A stretch of 64,000 nucleotides of DNA from Mizuhopecten yessoensis (taxonomy: Eukaryota). The position numbers and the translations under genes were made by a program. The notes under the pieces are model-generated. The model ran no database searches. It saw only the letters and a list, made by a program, of their open reading frames with translations, and was not told the DNA's origin. The DNA lies in contig NW_018405476.1 of the NCBI RefSeq assembly GCF_002113885.1, positions 437,875 through 501,874 of the forward strand, read 5' to 3'. Below are positions 62,338 through 64,000 of this stretch, piece by piece (positions within the stretch are counted from its first letter, which is position 1; every line of letters starts with the position of its first letter).

Positions 62338-64000
62338 TTTTTATCTATAGCTGTACTGTGATCAGTAACATGTACAAACCTTCAACCTCCAGTTAGTGAC
62401 ATCATCTGTCTTTATCTATAGCTGTACTGTAAACAGTAACATATACAAACCTTCAACCTCCAGTTAGTGACATCATCTGTCTTTATCTATAGCTGTACTG
62501 TAAACAGTAACATATACAAACCTTCAACCTCCATCCCAGTTAGTGACATCATCTGTCTTTATCTATAGCTGTACTGTAAACAGTAACATATACAAACCTT
62601 CAACCTCCAGCCCAGTTAGTGACATCATCTGTCTTTATCTATAGCTGTACTGTAAACAGTAACATATACAAACCTTCAACCTCCAGTTAGTGACATCATC
62701 TGTCTTTATCTATAGCTGTACTGTAAACAGTAACATATACAAACCTTCAACCTCCACCCCAGTTAGTGACATCATCTGTCTTTATCTATAGCTGTACTGT
62801 AAACAGTAACATATACAAACCTTCAACCTCCAGTTAGTGACATCATCTGTCTTTATCTATAGCTGTACTGTAAACAGTAACATATACAAACCTTCAACCT
62901 CCACCCCAGTTAGTGACATCATCTGTCTTTATCTATAGCTGTACTGTAAACAGTAACATATACAAACCTTCAACCTCCAGTTAGTGACATCATCTGTCTT
63001 TATCTATAGCTGTACTGTAAACAGTAACATATACAAACCTTCAACCTCCACCCCAGTTAGTGACATCATCTGTCTTTATCTATAGCTGTACTGTAAACAG
63101 TAACATATACAAACCTTCAACCTCCAGTTAGTGACATCATCTGTCTTTATCTATAGCTGTACTGTAAACAGTAACATATACAAACCTTCAACCTCCACCC
63201 CAGTTAGTGACATCATCTGTCTTTATCTATAGCTGTACTGTAAACAGTAACATATACAAACCTTCAACCTCCAGTTAGTGACATCATCTGTCTTTATCTA
63301 TAGCTGTACTGTAAACAGTAACATATACAAACCTTCAACCTCCACCCCAGTTAGTGACATCATCTGTCTTTATCTATAGCTGTACTGTAAACAGTAACAT
63401 ATACAAACCTTCAACCTCCAGTTAGTGACATCATCTGTCTTTATCTATAGCTGTACTGTAAACAGTAACATATACAAACCTTCAACCTCCACCCCAGTTA
63501 GTGACATCATCTGTCTTTATCTATAGCTGTACTGTAAACAGTAACATATACAAACCTTCAACCTCCAGTTAGTGACATCATCTGTCTTTATCTATAGCTG
63601 TACTGTAAACAGTAACATATACAAACCTTCAAACCCCAGTTAGTGACATCATCTGTCTTTATCTATAGCTGTACTGTAAACAGTAACATATACAAACCTT
63701 CAACCTCCAGTTAGTGACATCATCTGTCTTTATCTATAGCTGTACTGTAAACAGTAACATATACAAACCTTCAACCTCCACCCCAGTTAGTGACATCATC
63801 TGTCTTTATCTATAGCTGTACTGTAAACAGTAACATATACAAACCTTCAACCTCCAGTTAGTGACATCATCTGTCTTTATCTATAGCTGTACTGTAAACA
63901 GTAACATATACAAACCTTCAACCTCCAGTTAGTGACATCATCTGTCTTTATCTATAGCTGTACTGTAAACAGTAACATATACAAACCTTCAACCTCCAGT
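62338..64000. repeat. 71/76-bp satellite made of a Hook exon 3' end plus donor, over 22 copies, truncated by window end
   Basis: Minus-strand unit ATAAAGACAGATGATGTCACTAACTGGAGGTTGAAG|GTTTGTATATGTTACTGTTTACAGTACAGCTATAG. The first 36 nt encode IKTDDVTNWRLK, the Hook segment expected immediately before VSNLKK. Confidence 0.93.

Overview
AT-rich, intron-rich animal genomic DNA. The repeat families resemble those of bivalve molluscs (inference). The right half (~35.5-64 kb) holds most of a minus-strand Hook-family dynein adaptor gene, most similar to HOOK3. I assembled 18 GT-AG exons by hand with consistent phases (1914 nt, 637 aa plus stop). The first exons lie beyond the window end. At ~1.3-1.8 kb is the probable first coding exon of a second, unidentified minus-strand gene. 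The rest is intergenic or intronic DNA dense in minisatellites (units of 19-76 bp), tRNA-derived SINEs, Helentron/HINE-like elements, MITEs and two decayed Penelope-like reverse transcriptase relics. Main findings: (1) a minimal type I hammerhead ribozyme inside an inverted-repeat, Penelope-like insert in a Hook intron (44208-44262); (2) three independent tandem arrays built from Hook's own exon/intron junctions, so splice sites, and in one case a whole 36-nt AG/GT-flanked coding module, are amplified 3 to over 20 times; (3) a SINE whose interior was replaced by a microhomology-bounded copy of a neighbouring intron. The long ORFs in the ORF track over satellites are repeat artefacts.
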